Positions 13,228 to 25,652 of a stretch of DNA of 64,000 bases are shown here, piece after piece. The DNA comes from Podarcis tiliguerta (lineage: Eukaryota). The notes under the pieces were generated by a model. That model did no database searches and was not told the origin of the DNA. It saw nothing but the letters and a program-made list of their open reading frames with translations. The translations under genes and the position numbers were made by a program. Where the stretch lies: assembly GCA_965153285.1 (NCBI GenBank), contig OZ229113.1; one strand, 5' to 3'. Positions within the stretch are counted from its first letter, which is position 1. Each line of letters begins with the position of its first letter.

Positions 13228-14716
13228 TTTCTGTGTAACCCTTAGGTGACAGGTTGCTCACACCTAATCTAATAGTTTTTCTATGAATGTGTCAATGGTG
13301 ATGACGACCATTTACCAAAAAGTAATGTATCACAGTGTGCAAATAACAACTAATTTGGTTGGCACTCTGAGCCCATAGAGACAATTGTTTTACCATATTT
13401 GAACTTTGCACTTGTCAACTTATCTCCAAGTAAGCCAGCTCTTTCCTAACAACTTTGGGAATCTATATGGGCCAGGCAACCAGTTCTGAGAATTCTACTT
13501 TTTTCATGTATTTCTCATAAAGTATGGAAATGTGGCAAAATGCTGTTCTCCATTTAGCAGGATGGTGCGGATTACATGATCTACTTTCCCAGCAAAGGTG
13601 CCCATTATTCCCTTTGAGTACCACCCCACCCCCTTGATATTGTTAGCATCAGCTGAAGTCATTGAGGATGACAGATTCCTTCTGATACTGAATGTCGAGT
13701 AACCCCCCAGGGCCAGCCACTTCCTTGCTGAGAGGAAAGGCAGAGGGATTTGTTTTCCATACAATGTGCGTTGCCTTTTCAAGGGAATGCTCAGGGCAAC
13801 GTAAAAGACAAAGGCATTAAAAAAAAACCTATAATAAATAACAAGGGAAATGTAAAAAAGAAACACATACACACATACACACACCCATCTGAAAGCAGCA
13901 CCAGAATGGTAAATTTCTTTGTAAGGCTCTACTTTTGGCTCAATTGTGACAGTGATGAGGTTTGTCAGGAATCCCGAGGACATTATGTATTTTTTTTAAC
14001 CTCAAAATTTGTCAGATGTTTTCACCCAATGAGAACTCTCAAAATCATTTTGAAGTTTGCAAAAAAAGGGGGTGGGGGTGGGGTGGGGGGTTGAATGTAA
14101 GAAACTGGAAAGCCTTCCTATGTTGTTGAATTGCCACTCCCACCAGCCTCAGCTAGGATGGGTAAATGTCAGTGGGAACGAGAGTTGTAGTCCAGCTACA
14201 GTTGACTATAGGTTCCCCATTCCAGTTCTAGAGTAATGAAACAACAACTACCCACCAGAGAAATCTGGATCTTGTATTTAAATTCTTTTCATTTTGCCTG
14301 CAATGGTGATAAGCCTGAAGCAGAGCGCCATATTTGTGCATCTACTTGCTGAGTGCTGTTAAACAGAACAGATATGGATTGTTTCTTTAGAAGAAGACTG
14401 CACTATAAATCCTCTGTGGAATATTACTTTAAAAAAATGTGAATAACAATTTCAGCATTTCATATGTTCAAATCCATTTTCATTTAAATACACAGTTTTG
14501 TTCTCTGCTTCTTTCTTGGGGTTTTTCAAGTCATATCATTTCCATAATCAGTCCTATAAAGAGGAGTTTAAAATACAAAATGGGTACATGTATTCACAAT
14601 TTTTGGATAATTTAGCTTTGTTCAGAAATATATTTCAATATCTGCTACCTGTGTTATTCATTAGCCAATTATTTCTTACTAATATACGAAATATATGAAT
14701 AGCATGACTGGAAGGC

Positions 14717-14754
<38 letters not shown>

Positions 14755-15292
14755 TAGATATATTTGTTATTTTCATACTGGTGTGAAATATGAGGCACTG
14801 GAAAAAAATCATGAAAGCTGGGTTTTGTCACCTTACGGTGTGTAGGCTTCAATTGCTGCTATGGATATACGTATTATCAGTTTTGGGGGGAATATTATTT
14901 TTGTGACTGAATAATTCACCAGCTATTAGCCTTAGTAATCTATCAGGCTCTGTTGTAGGCAGACCAAAGGCCTGGCCACCAAGGATCAGAATGTTAGTAG
15001 TACAGAGGGGATAGCAATCTGGGTTAAAGCGTGGTGGTGCTAACACAAAGGTTGCAGGCAGGCACGCCAACTTGCCCCCCACCCCTATTGAGGGGACCTG
15101 GCATTGTGTGACATCATAGACATGACATCCTGCACCCCTCCACACGTCCCACTCCCGAGTGCTCACCTGTTGGTGGCAGGTGGTGGGGGATGGTGGCCCC
15201 CTCAATATTGGAGGCTTAGCCCCCTACCCACACATTATGAGGGGGCTTCTGCCCCCTATAGGTGGTCCCCTGGTTGCAGGGATATGAGACAG

Positions 15293-15353
15293 TTGCATTG
15301 CTAGGGGTTGGATTAGATGAGCCTTAGGGTCTCTTCCAACTCTACGATTCTAT
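15293..15353 (+). mobile_element. CR1-type 3' tail fragment
   Basis: TGCATTGCTAGGGGTTGGATTAGATGA...TTCCAACTCTACGATTCTATG matches the tail at 19688-19757. Confidence 0.7.
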
Positions 15354-15410
15354 GTTGTATAAGAAACCTATTGTCACAAGGAAGATGTGTTAAGAAAGCG
15401 TTCATCTACA

Positions 15411-15515
15411 TCAGGCATGAGGAACTTTTGGCCCTCCAACTCCTACCAGCCCCATAAAGCATGGCCATAGGTGGTGAGAGAGCAACATCTGGAAGGACAA
15501 AGATCCCCCACACCA
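15411..15515. mobile_element. Degenerate hAT MITE related to the 63359 element
   Basis: CAGGCATGAGGAACTTTTGGCCCTCCA...CATCTGGAAGGACAAAG, with ATCTACAT / ATCTATAA flanks. Confidence 0.5.
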
Positions 15516-16727
15516 GATCTATAAAGTAAAACCCAAGAAATGAGACATGATGATGGTCTTTAATCAAAAGACACTCTAAAAATGGGCCTCTGCTCTAGTA
15601 AAGATACACAACTATTCAGAACATGCTTGCCAGGCCAGAAGTGGAGGATTTCACAGCAGCCCTTTCAATCATTTTCACTGCCTCCAGCTTACATGTACAT
15701 CTCATATGGTTGCAATTAAAATATGTCAAAAGAGTGAGAGTGAGAGAGCCTCTTCATCCTTGTGAGCTGGGCAACTTGGGCTCTTCAGAGGGCTCTTTGA
15801 ATTTTTTGTCATTTATGTCCTGCTAGGATGGGAAGCCACAAAATTTCACAGTTAGTAAGCCTCACCCGTCTAGATATGTTGGTTGACAGAGTGCCAGTTA
15901 AAACATCTTTCCAGAGCCGTTGACAAGTGTCTGAAGGGAGAGAGCCAACTGTTTCAAATAAACGAAGATGACTGGGGATTTTTTTCTTTCCTCCAGAGGT
16001 GGCACATCAATCAGCCAGACTATGTGTGGCATTAAGTGGTATATTGCTGTGGGGGAACCTGCAGTGCTACAACTTTGGCAATAGGAACTGCCACTCATGC
16101 TGCCATAGATGAGTCAGAAATACAGCCAATGTACATGGAAAAGGAAATAGGAGGCTTATATATCATTATTCTGTTCTATGAGATGGAGAAAATTGGACTT
16201 GTGACATCCCTTGCACATTCCAGAGGGGGCTAAAAAATGAACAGGTAAGCCAAAGCTGAAAGAATATGCTGAATTAATGAGACACATTCATGCATTTTGT
16301 CTGTATTTTATTTTAAAACATATAGACTAGAATAACTACCTGTAGGGCTGTGCTGTTGTTGCTAACAATCCTTCCTGGAGCATCATGATAAATGCCTCTC
16401 TTCCTGTATGTGTGTTTGGCATTTTCAGAGAACGTTAGCTTCTGCCTTTACATTGTCATCTTTTGCTTCGCATTCAGTTGACCTACCTCACCTGTGATGA
16501 CATCATGATATAGGAAAAGCTGATTTGCTTTCATGATTCTGTTCATTATGCGACCCCTGACTGGGTGGGAATCCCGTGCGATTAAATCAAGGAGGACTAA
16601 TTAACCAGCACTGAGGGCCCATTGAAACAAGATAATGCTCACCAACTTCCACATGAGTTGATTAAGAAGGGCTAGGTGAAGGCCCAAATTCCAGAATCAG
16701 TGTGCTGCGACCAAGATGGGCCTATTC

Positions 16728-16863
16728 CAGGCTTCCTCAACCTCAGCCCTTCAGATGTTTTGAGACTACAGTTCCCAACATCCCTGACCACTGGTCCTGC
16801 CAGCTCGGGATCATGGGAGTTGTAGGCCAAAAACATCTGGAGTGCCGAGGTTGAGGAAACTTG
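16728..16863. mobile_element. hAT-Charlie-like MITE (same family as 10930)
   Basis: TSD GCCTATTC / GTCTATTC (7/8 match); TIR CAGGCTTCCTCAACCTC / GAGGTTGAGGAAACTTG. Confidence 0.9.
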
Positions 16864-17261
16864 GTCTATTCTGTGTTATGACTTGTCACACTTTAATTGA
16901 CAGGCTAGCAAGATCCTTTCAAGCTGGCTTCAGTAATCTATTCTACAGAGAGCAATTGGGAAACAGAAGTCTATTGTGCAACACAATTGGAATGTCTCAC
17001 TGGAAATGGGGAGGGGGACATCTTCTTACAATACCCAGATTTGAATTTGGCAGGCATGATATTATAAGCAATACTTTGCAGAACTCCTACTTGATTTTAA
17101 AAGTGCTAAAATGTAGTTGCAGTTTGACCTAAGCCCTCAGTTCATTTTGGAAGATGTACAATTATATTCTCCTGATATAAAGAGCAAGAATAGAATCCTA
17201 AGAAGGGAGAATGTTTCTGGTTAGTTGTGTGAAAGGAAATTCAAATTATATTCTATAAAAA

Positions 17262-17262
<1 letters not shown>

Positions 17263-17316
<54 letters not shown>
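17263..17316. repeat. (ATT)n microsatellite
   Basis: Directly visible; a similar tract lies at 14718-14753. Confidence 0.97.
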
Positions 17317-17319
<3 letters not shown>

Positions 17320-17607
17320 TTATTTATTTTTGCTTCCCGTTAGCAGTTATTGTGTCCTGGCACCTATGGCATGTTTACCAATGTTTAGTAGCGGGCCTCA
17401 TTTTAACCTTACCTCCCACAAACTACTGTATTTCCTTCCATGAAAGGGTGGGGAGCAGGAATCTATCATCCACCAAATCTGTCAAAAGTCAACCATCAAA
17501 GTACATGATAAGAGTCTGTGTCCATAGGTGACTCCTCTCTTTAGCCATCTCTGGCTTTCTACTGAATGGAAACATGGCATGGCTGGAAATTGCCAGGTGT
17601 GGTGACA

Positions 17608-17745
17608 GCACAAGCAGCTGTCAATGGAGTATGAGAATCTTAATCTCAGGGTTATGGGTTCAAACCCCACACTGGGCAATAAGGTTTCTGCATTGCAGGG
17701 GGTTGGACTAGATGACCCTTGTGATCCCTTCCAATTCTACTATCT
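17608..17745 (+). mobile_element. SINE with tRNA-Lys(CTT)-derived head and CR1-type tail
   Basis: GAGTATGAGAATCTTAATCTCAGGGTTATGGGTTCAAACCCCACACTGGGC is a decayed tRNA-Lys(CTT). It is followed by CTGCATTGCAGGGGGTTGGACTAGATGACCC...TTCCAATTCTAC. Confidence 0.8.
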
Positions 17746-18680
17746 GGGAAGGTCAGTAGCCTACGAAAACAAGCTGGTGGAAGCCATGGGAGGAAAGCTA
17801 AGCAAATATATAAGTATTCAGGAATTTGAGGAGGAAGTCAGACTGAGACGGTGAGTGACAGAACTTCACAGCTGGGTGTGTGGCAGTGGAAAGAGAAAGA
17901 AATGAAACTTAGAGAATGTGTAAGTCTTAATGAAATGAGGTGGTCAGACTGTGAAATTTGTGCTCCCAGGAATGAGGAGAGTATGTGACTATCTGAAGGG
18001 AGAAACAACAGATGCACCAGGTCTCCTCTAAAACCTAAATGTAGCCTAGGGACTCCAAAGGAACCTATGTTGCTGCAATTAGTTGTATACTTCTTAAAAG
18101 AGAAAGTAAACTCTAGCAGAGTCCTTCAACTGAGAGATATTTTAAACGAACACAGGGCTGTCCGAAATGTGCACTCGGCCATGGGGCAAATCCCAGTTGG
18201 TGTTCAAGTTAATAAGCAAATTAAAGTGAGTTATAAAACAGTGTGTCGCAATCCCATTCATGTTTATACAGAAGCAAGTCCCACTTTGTTTGGACTTCAT
18301 TCCGAGTTAAATGTATAGGTGGCACCTTTAGCTGTGAAGCTTCATCTCCAGAGATGCCCACCCAAAGCGAACTCTGTTTTTAGGCATTGCCAGGAAAAAC
18401 AGTTTTATTCACTCAGGCCTTTTAAGTATATGGATCCTTTTAATTAGTGGTTTGTCCTGTTTCCTTTTATGATGATTGTATTTTTACTTAAACTCTTACT
18501 GAAACCACCTGGGATCTTTTTGATGGATGGCACTGTGTAGATTTCTGAAAAGAAACAAGCAAATTCAGAAATAGAAATATTGCCCAAATGAAGGGCAAGA
18601 AAGGAACACGAACCTTGATAAAAGAAATGCAAGCAGACATTAAGGCATCTGGAAATATAAATCCAAGTGTATATAATTTA

Positions 18681-18723
<43 letters not shown>

Positions 18724-18741
18724 AATAATAATAATAATAAT
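18681..18741. repeat. Compound (AAC)n(AAT)n microsatellite
   Basis: Directly visible. Confidence 0.97.
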
Positions 18742-18774
18742 ATCCATGAGAATCAGGAAACTGTCTAGGGAATT

Positions 18775-18970
18775 AGTTGGATGACAGTGGAGTAAAAGTC
18801 ATCAAGGTGACTGCAGAGAAGATTAATGAATTCTTTTCATCTGTCTTCACTGTGAAAAATGTATGACAGGTTCCTGTAACAGAAGTTCTAGGGCAGATCA
18901 ATATTTTTTTTAAATATAAATTTACCTGGTCCAGATGGCATCTACCTCAAAGTTCTTAAAGATCTCAGAT
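18775..18970 (+). mobile_element. Old CR1 ORF2 fragment with internal deletion
   Basis: Translates to AEKINEFFSSVFT and PGPDGIYLKVLKDL, matching the CR1 motifs AEKLNEFFASVFT and SPGPDGIHPRVLKEL. Confidence 0.75.
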
Positions 18971-19557
18971 AGCAGCCCCCATCCAAGTGCAGTAGGAATC
19001 ACAGCATGGGCAAAAGGTTAAGGTTGTTGTCTCTCATGCACCATCTCCAAGACTGCTATTTATTTCTTCTATAAAATCAAGTATTTATACCCTGCGCTTC
19101 ACCTGAATGTTGCAAGGTGGGTCGTGACACGATAACATAATCCTATAAAAAGAGTCCTTCTGGATTAGGCGAAAGGCCCATCTAATTCTTTCACAGTGGC
19201 CAAGGAGATACTCACAAGCAAGACTCTTGTGCTGTATACAATAAACAGTACCAAATACCTCACTTAATAACAGTGCCACAACTGCCTCCTGCATGCCTTT
19301 AGCACTTGAGAAGGTTCATCTCAGCCCCCTATTGCTTTACAGAGGAGTTGGCACATACATACAAATAATCTGGTGATGTACGTGCTTCTTTGAAGCAGAC
19401 TCCAAAGGGTTCCCACGTGAGCAGGGGGTGAGTCGGGTCGCAAAACAATATTTATTTATTTCTTATTCATCGCATTTAAATTGTCTCCAAGAAGTTCAGT
19501 GTGGTGCATATTTTATTGGGGTGCCCAAAGACCCCTCAGCCCCTAGGAGTTCACTCC

Positions 19558-19757
19558 TATGGTAAGAACTGTTTGACAATGGAATGTTCTCCTTCGGAAA
19601 GTTATGGATTCTTTGAGGTTTTTTTAAGTTGGAGGTTTTTTAAGCAGAGGTTGGATGGTCATCTGTCATGAATGCATTATCTGAGATTCCTGCATTGCAG
19701 AGGGTTGGACTAGATGCCTCTTGGGGTCCCTTCCAACTCTACCATTCTGTGATTCTA
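19558..19757 (+). mobile_element. CR1 LINE 3' end
   Basis: GGAGGTTTTTAAGCAGAGGTTGGATGG...ATTCCTGCATTGCAGAGGGTTGGACTAGATG...TCCCTTCCAACTCTACCATTCTGTGATTCTA, ending in a CR1-type octamer repeat. Confidence 0.85.
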
Positions 19758-19772
19758 TTCTCTCTCAAAAGT

Positions 19773-20230
19773 CACAATAGCCCTGTGAGCAGTGGCGTAG
19801 CGTGGGGGGTGCAGGGGGGGCCGGCTGCACCAGGCGCAACATCGGGGGGGGGGGCGCTCGCACTCGCAGCTCTCTGCCCCTACCTGGCTCACTCACTCAC
19901 TCTCATTGCAGTGCTGGCTGTGCGAATCCGATCTGAGCCGCCGGGTCGCCGCCCACTGTGGAGGGGAGGGTGCCAGGCGTGCGGTGCAGTGCGGAGAGAG
20001 AGAGAGGGACTATCTGGGGGAGGGACAGTGCAGCGGGGGGGGGGGCGCAAATTACTTGCCTTGCCCCGGGTGCTGACAACCCATGCTACGCCACTGCCTG
20101 TGAGGTAGGTTTGGCTGCGAGGAAGTGACTGGCCCATAGTCAGCCAGTGAGTTTCATGACTGAGTGGGAATTTGAAATACTGGCTCCCAGGTCATACTCC
20201 GGCATAGTAACTACTGCACCATGGTGGCTC
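19773..20230 (-). mobile_element. Old MIR/Squam3-like CORE SINE interrupted by the hAT MITE
   Basis: CACAATAGCCCTGTGAG|GTAGG...GTGACTGGCCCATAGTCAGCCAG...TTTGAA...ACTACTGCACCATGGTGGCTC parallels the element at 7349-7606. Confidence 0.7.
19790..20096. mobile_element. hAT (Tip100-like) MITE, GC-rich
   Basis: Perfect 8-bp TSD CCTGTGAG (19782-19789, 20097-20104); TIR CAGTGGCGTAGC / GCTACGCCACTG. Confidence 0.93.
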
Positions 20231-23200
20231 TTAAGAGTCAATCCTAAATATTTTTTAAAGGACTTTAACGCTGTGCTTAAAACACCTGAAGGACGCAGAA
20301 TATCATATCATAAGCATGTTGCTTGACTGGGAATTCTTCCTCTGCTTCCATTGAAACCAAGCTATATTTATTGGAAAAATCTGTTCTGTAATTATTCTTA
20401 AAAGATACACTTGGAAAATCCCCACCTACTTTGCCATCCTGTAGATAATATTCCTCTGCTGCCCACTGCAGATTTGTCTTTTAGTGGTTCTAACATTTGA
20501 AGATTCAATTCATTCATCAATGCAAGCTGAATAGGAAGATCCATGTGCAAGGTTTTTCAAGCTCTCACTGAATATCTCTCCAGAACAGGTGTGGTGTATA
20601 TGTCAGGATAGGGGTTTTTTTATTTAAAAAAAAAACAAACTCAAAAGGAAATCAGCAGTTCTTATTACTGAGAAGTCATTTTATTTTACCTTATCCCCCT
20701 ATTAAAAGTAAGTAATTACATCTCGATGCAGTGTGTATAATTTTAATACAGAAAAGGGGTGCTTAGCATTGGGCATATTTTACTTCTAACAGGCAAAATT
20801 TGGAATGAATGGAGAAGTCTAGCAGTATAATTATGAGATTACTGCTCAAGCTTTTGTTATGAAGGAGAAAGCCATTGTGGGCTTGTAGTAGTTTCTGTTC
20901 TCCTGAATGCAGTCTGGTACTATTTTCCAACTAAATCAGTATCCCACTGACTTAGCAAAAATACACAATAGGGGCTTGTTATTATGTAGATTATCTCCTC
21001 CTACTGGCAAGGTTAAGATAAAGGAGATCTTCACGGGAAATGGAGTGAAAGTGCTATTTGAAGAGACTGCTTTTCAGCTCACGATCATGATAGGGTGTTG
21101 CTATCAGTGAGATTGCATCACAGTTTTAGGAGATATTTGCCTAAATGTGGAGACAAATTGTGAAATTAGATAATTGGCTGGGGATCTTTTAACTGGCTTT
21201 GTGATATCAAGAAGCCATATGGTATCCATTGGAGAGCCCCCCCCCCCCCGCCGCCCCAGGCTGCATTAATTGTTGGGCTAAGAGTGAACTCCTACAGGGC
21301 ATTACATTATAGATGTGATAATTGAAGGTTATCATTTGGTATCTGCCATAGTTAGTTACCATGCATCATCATCATCTGTCATTATGCCTGGAAATTATCT
21401 AACAGCAAGAGCCAAGCTGGGAGGCCATAAGCCTATTGTGTGTTTCCTATAGGCTATTCTTCATGTGTTCCGTAGTGAAAAGAAGGCCTCTGGTGAGTTT
21501 TCCTGAGTTCATAGAAATTTGTGTGAACAGGCTAAGAAGAGAGTTAATCAAACTGTAGCATATCTAGCTGTGCTAAGGAATAAATAGGGGTTTGCCCTCC
21601 CAGACCAAACATACATATTATCTCATTCTCATAATCTGAAGCAGAGGGGAAGCAAGGAGGTAAGGAGGAGAAAAACATTATTTTGCCTTGCTAGGTAGAA
21701 AATAGAAGAGGAAGAATGGGAGTTGTTAACTTTTCTGGGAAGATGTCCAACGGTTCTGGAGAATGAATTGATCTATGCTTAATGGCAATAGGGAGAAGGA
21801 GAATTATGTGACATCACTGGGAGAAGAAGAGTCATGTTGGAGGCAGGTGAAGGGGGCAAAGCTGAAAGAGGGGAGAGGAAGGGCTGAGAGGTGAGTAAGT
21901 GAAATAAGAGAGGCGGGGGCTGAAAACAAACATGATAATAAATTACTCTTTATTGCCATAATCTCTTGCTAGGAGTTAGAGTGACCACTTGGTCATCACA
22001 AAAAAGGAAAGAAATGCATCACCAAAAAAGAAGGCAGAAGAGGGCACCACTTTGGTATGTCACTTGGAAGACTTATTAGCCGTAAGCTCCTGTTCAAATC
22101 TATTGGCAAATTCACCTTTTTGGCAAATACAGTTGGAATCTATCATAAAACAAAAGGACCTAATTTTAAAGCCAACAGTTACATTAACAACAACTATAAT
22201 AAAATTCCAAGTTAAATTTCTCTTAATGTCACATTTAACTTTGAATTTCAAATTCAAATTAAGTAGGCGAATAGTTTGACAGGCGGCAGAAAGGCAGTCT
22301 GTCCCTCTGAGGATCTGTATTTCTGGCTTTAATAAACACTCTCCTGGATCCAGCATCTGGAGTGAGAGAGCCATTTTGCATATGACCTTGATGGAGGCAG
22401 CGCATTAGAAGTGTAGTTTTGAATTAGCAACTTGCCATTAAAATAATCTTCCTACAAAACACCCCCCTCCAGCCCCTCAGCTCCTTTGTTCCAGTATCAA
22501 TATTACTTTGCTGCTTCTGCACCTGAAGCAAGGACATATGTAAAACAGCCATTTCTGATTTCTGATGCATCCTTGTGTCAGGCAGAGGATGGCACAGAAA
22601 AAGCCTTCAGGATAAAAATAGTATCCTTCTCACAAATGGAAATCCTTTCTTTGATGATGTCCACCAATAATCTTGGGGCACAAATTACCTACAAACACAA
22701 TGCAGTTTTATATCAGTTTTACGCGTATATCAATGGTTTGCAAAATGGGGCAGAGAGTTTATGGGTGAACAGAGTTCAGACAGTGCCAGTTTGACCGGTT
22801 GAGTTTTGCTATGACCTTCTTCAAAATGTGGGTGTACCCAAGAATGTGTCCAAGAAACATATAGCTGCACTTTTATGTTCTGAACAGCTAAGCCTTCGCT
22901 ATCAGTCTTCTCCTGAATAACACTTAATAAAGTTCTCACAAACTTCAGTGGACATAGGAACAATTCCAAAATGATTTGATTATTGATATTATTTCCCCTG
23001 GATTTAGTTCTGTGTTTTTTGTGTAGACTTCAGTCCCATATGCACTTACTAGGAAGTAAAGCCATTAAACTTAATTGTGCTTACTTCTGAATAAGGATGC
23101 ATAGAATTGCACTGTTTATTCCAACAAATGAAGGAGGAGCATGCACAAAGGAATATTAATAACACACTATATATGTGTGGAATATGTATAAGAGACACAA

Positions 23201-23656
23201 AAATGCAAAATGGAATTAGATAATAAGGGGTGTATTGCAAGAATATATTTATATATAGGCAACTCCCAAATTATGTGGAGGTTACGTTCCAAGGCACTGC
23301 ACATTTAAGTGAAATCACTTATATTTGGAACACCATTGAAAAAGCCTGTAAACACCCAGTTCCACTGTTGCCCTGCCCCATTCTGTCCCTTTTTGTGACT
23401 TTTTGTGATGTTTTGGGGTCACTTTTAGGTTTGGTGTGATGCGCATATGTTGTGCACATATCGGACGGGCCTAAAATGGTTGCTGCCTTTATTGCTAAGT
23501 ACAAAATAGTAAAAGGAAAAAAACACCTCTATACAATTTGCAGAATTGAGCAATATTTTTCAGATTCAAAAAAATGTTGTAATTTGAAATGCATTCAATC
23601 TCTGTGTTACGCCATGTTGTTAAAGCACCAGTGAGAAACTCAGCTTTTCTAGTATG

Positions 23657-23660
23657 GTGT

Positions 23661-23700
<40 letters not shown>
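23657..23700. repeat. (GT)n microsatellite
   Basis: Directly visible. Confidence 0.95.
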
Positions 23701-23704
<4 letters not shown>

Positions 23705-23827
23705 CCAGTCAGCTTACTAGTTCTGCAGCATCTTGTTACAGGAAACCATTGCATGTGCTTTATTATGCTGCATTGACTTCCTTTTAATGTACTGATTCTT
23801 AATAGTAGAGAATAGCAGCAGCAACAA

Positions 23828-24418
23828 CAATAATAATGATAATCATTTCTTAGTTATATGTCACCCATCTGACTGGGTTGCCCCAGACACCGTGGGCAGC
23901 TTCCAGCAAATTATAAAACTACAGTAAAACACCAAACATTTAAAACTTCCCTAAACAGAGCTGCCTTCAGATTTCTTTTAAGTCATATAGTTGTTTATTT
24001 CCCACATCTGGTGGGAGGGGGTTGCACAGGGTGGGTGCCACTACCGAGAAGGCCCTCTGCCTGGTTCCCTGTAACTTTGCTTCTTGCAGGGAGGGAACCA
24101 CCAGAAGGCCCTCGGCGCTGGACCTCAGTGTCCGGGCTGAATGACAGGGGTGGAGACGCTCCTTCTGATATACAGTGGTACCTTGGGTTACATACGCTTC
24201 AGGTTACAGACTCCGCTAACCCAGAAATAGTGCTTCAGGTTAAGAACTTTGCTTCAGGATAAGAACAGAAATCGTGCTCCGGCGGTGCGGCGGCAGTAGG
24301 AGGCCCCATTAGCTAAAGTGGTGCTTCAGGTTCAGAACAGTTTCAGGTTAAGAATGGACCTCCGGAACGAATTAAGTACTTAACCCGAGGTACCACTGTA
24401 CTGGGTCAAAGCCGTGTA
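23828..24418 (-). mobile_element. L2 LINE 3' fragment interrupted by a MITE
   Basis: Homologous to 42205-42535 (AAAACTTCCCTAAACAG, GAGAAGGCCCTCTG, GGTGGAGACGCTCCTTC). Confidence 0.85.
24173..24398. mobile_element. Tc1/mariner MITE
   Basis: TA TSD; TIR CAGTGGTACCTTGGGTTA / TAACCCGAGGTACCACTG; internal TTCAGGTTA repeats. Confidence 0.93.
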
Positions 24419-24961
24419 TTACTGCTGTGTAAAGACTCTCTTTTTGACCTATGCCATTAAAGGCATGAGAATCTGACTCTCTTTTATGATTGAATATCGT
24501 ACAGAGATTTAATGCTGCATGGATATTGTAGCACTGTTTTGCAGACTGTTTAAGCAGGATTCATTATTTATTAATCTGACAAAGGTCAAGTCATTTCTCA
24601 AAATCTAATATTGGATAACAAGCAGTTTTGTACATTTTTAGGTATTTGGTCTCTGCCACAAGTTTGAGGTGTGATAAATGGTTAAATTACTCAGTTCTAA
24701 TGCAGCCAAAATATAGATTGAATTGGAATAATTCAGTGGCTCTGAAGGTTTTTCGTCACAGTTTTTTTTATTGATTTACAAAAAACATGATAAACTAACA
24801 TGATAAATAAAAATGTCCTCCCCATAAGAATGGTTTGCTCTAAGAACATATGAATAGCTTTGCTGAAGAGTACCTGCTATAGTACCTCTGAATTGTTCTT
24901 TTGCCATATTCCTTGTTGGCATCTGGGTTTCCCACAAACAAAACATCCATAGGAAAAGCTA

Positions 24962-25216
24962 CTGTATTGGCCTGAATATAAGCCGCACCTTTGAAATTGA
25001 AGGGGGGGGGGGGGGAGGAAAAAAGACAATACCCAAATATAAGCCACTCCATTAAAATTCCACAGGCACTCACACCTGTCCTGTTTTACCGTATGTCTGT
25101 TTCAGCAGTGACATCGTAAAAGCCAAATTTCGTAAGCTCGCAAATTTAAGGCACACTTTAACTTTTCATGGTTGGAATTTGGGAAAAAAGTGAGACTTAT
25201 ATTCAGGACAAAACGG
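24962..25216. mobile_element. Tc1/mariner (Tc2-like) MITE, older
   Basis: TA flanks; imperfect TIR CTGTATTGGCCTGAATATAAG / CTTATATTCAGGACAAAACGG. Confidence 0.75.
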
Positions 25217-25486
25217 TAATACTGTAAGTACTTTTCCTGCTTGGTTACTTATAGTCATGAGTGCTATATAACAGAAAGATGTCTCATGGCATAAGGCAGA
25301 ATCAGCCTATTTAGAGGCTTACAAAAAAAGAAGAATTTGGCAAAACATGAATTGAAATCAGGAATGAACCTCTCCATCGCTCAGGTAAGGGCATAGAGAT
25401 TTCAAATATATGGCCATAAATCTGATAAAAGCATGCATGACGCCATTTAAAAATAACCAGTGCATTACATGCTGTGTTGTGTTATG

Positions 25487-25652
25487 CAGTGCTTTTTTCT
25501 AAAAGGAAATGTACTCTCATTTTGACTCAAGAAAATCACCATTTTATAGTTCAAATCGGGGAAAATAAATACAGTAAATGGACAAAAGTACAAAGATTCA
25601 CAAAATGTTTAGGGGTATGCGTACCCCTGCGTCCCCCCAGAAAAAAGCACAG
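25487..25652. mobile_element. hAT MITE (CAGTGCTTTTTTCT family)
   Basis: 8-bp TSD GTGTTATG; TIR CAGTGCTTTTTTCT / AGAAAAAAGCACAG. Confidence 0.9.

Noticed and set aside
17225-17443. Poly-Leu, poly-Tyr, CV, HT and YI repeat ORFs here and at 43191, 46866, 61754, 63023
   Set aside because: Translations of microsatellites.
17608-17677. Functional tRNA-Lys gene (and tRNA-Asn at 63913)
   Set aside because: Stems and the D arm are degraded, there is no poly-T terminator, and each is fused to a CR1-type tail, so these are SINEs.
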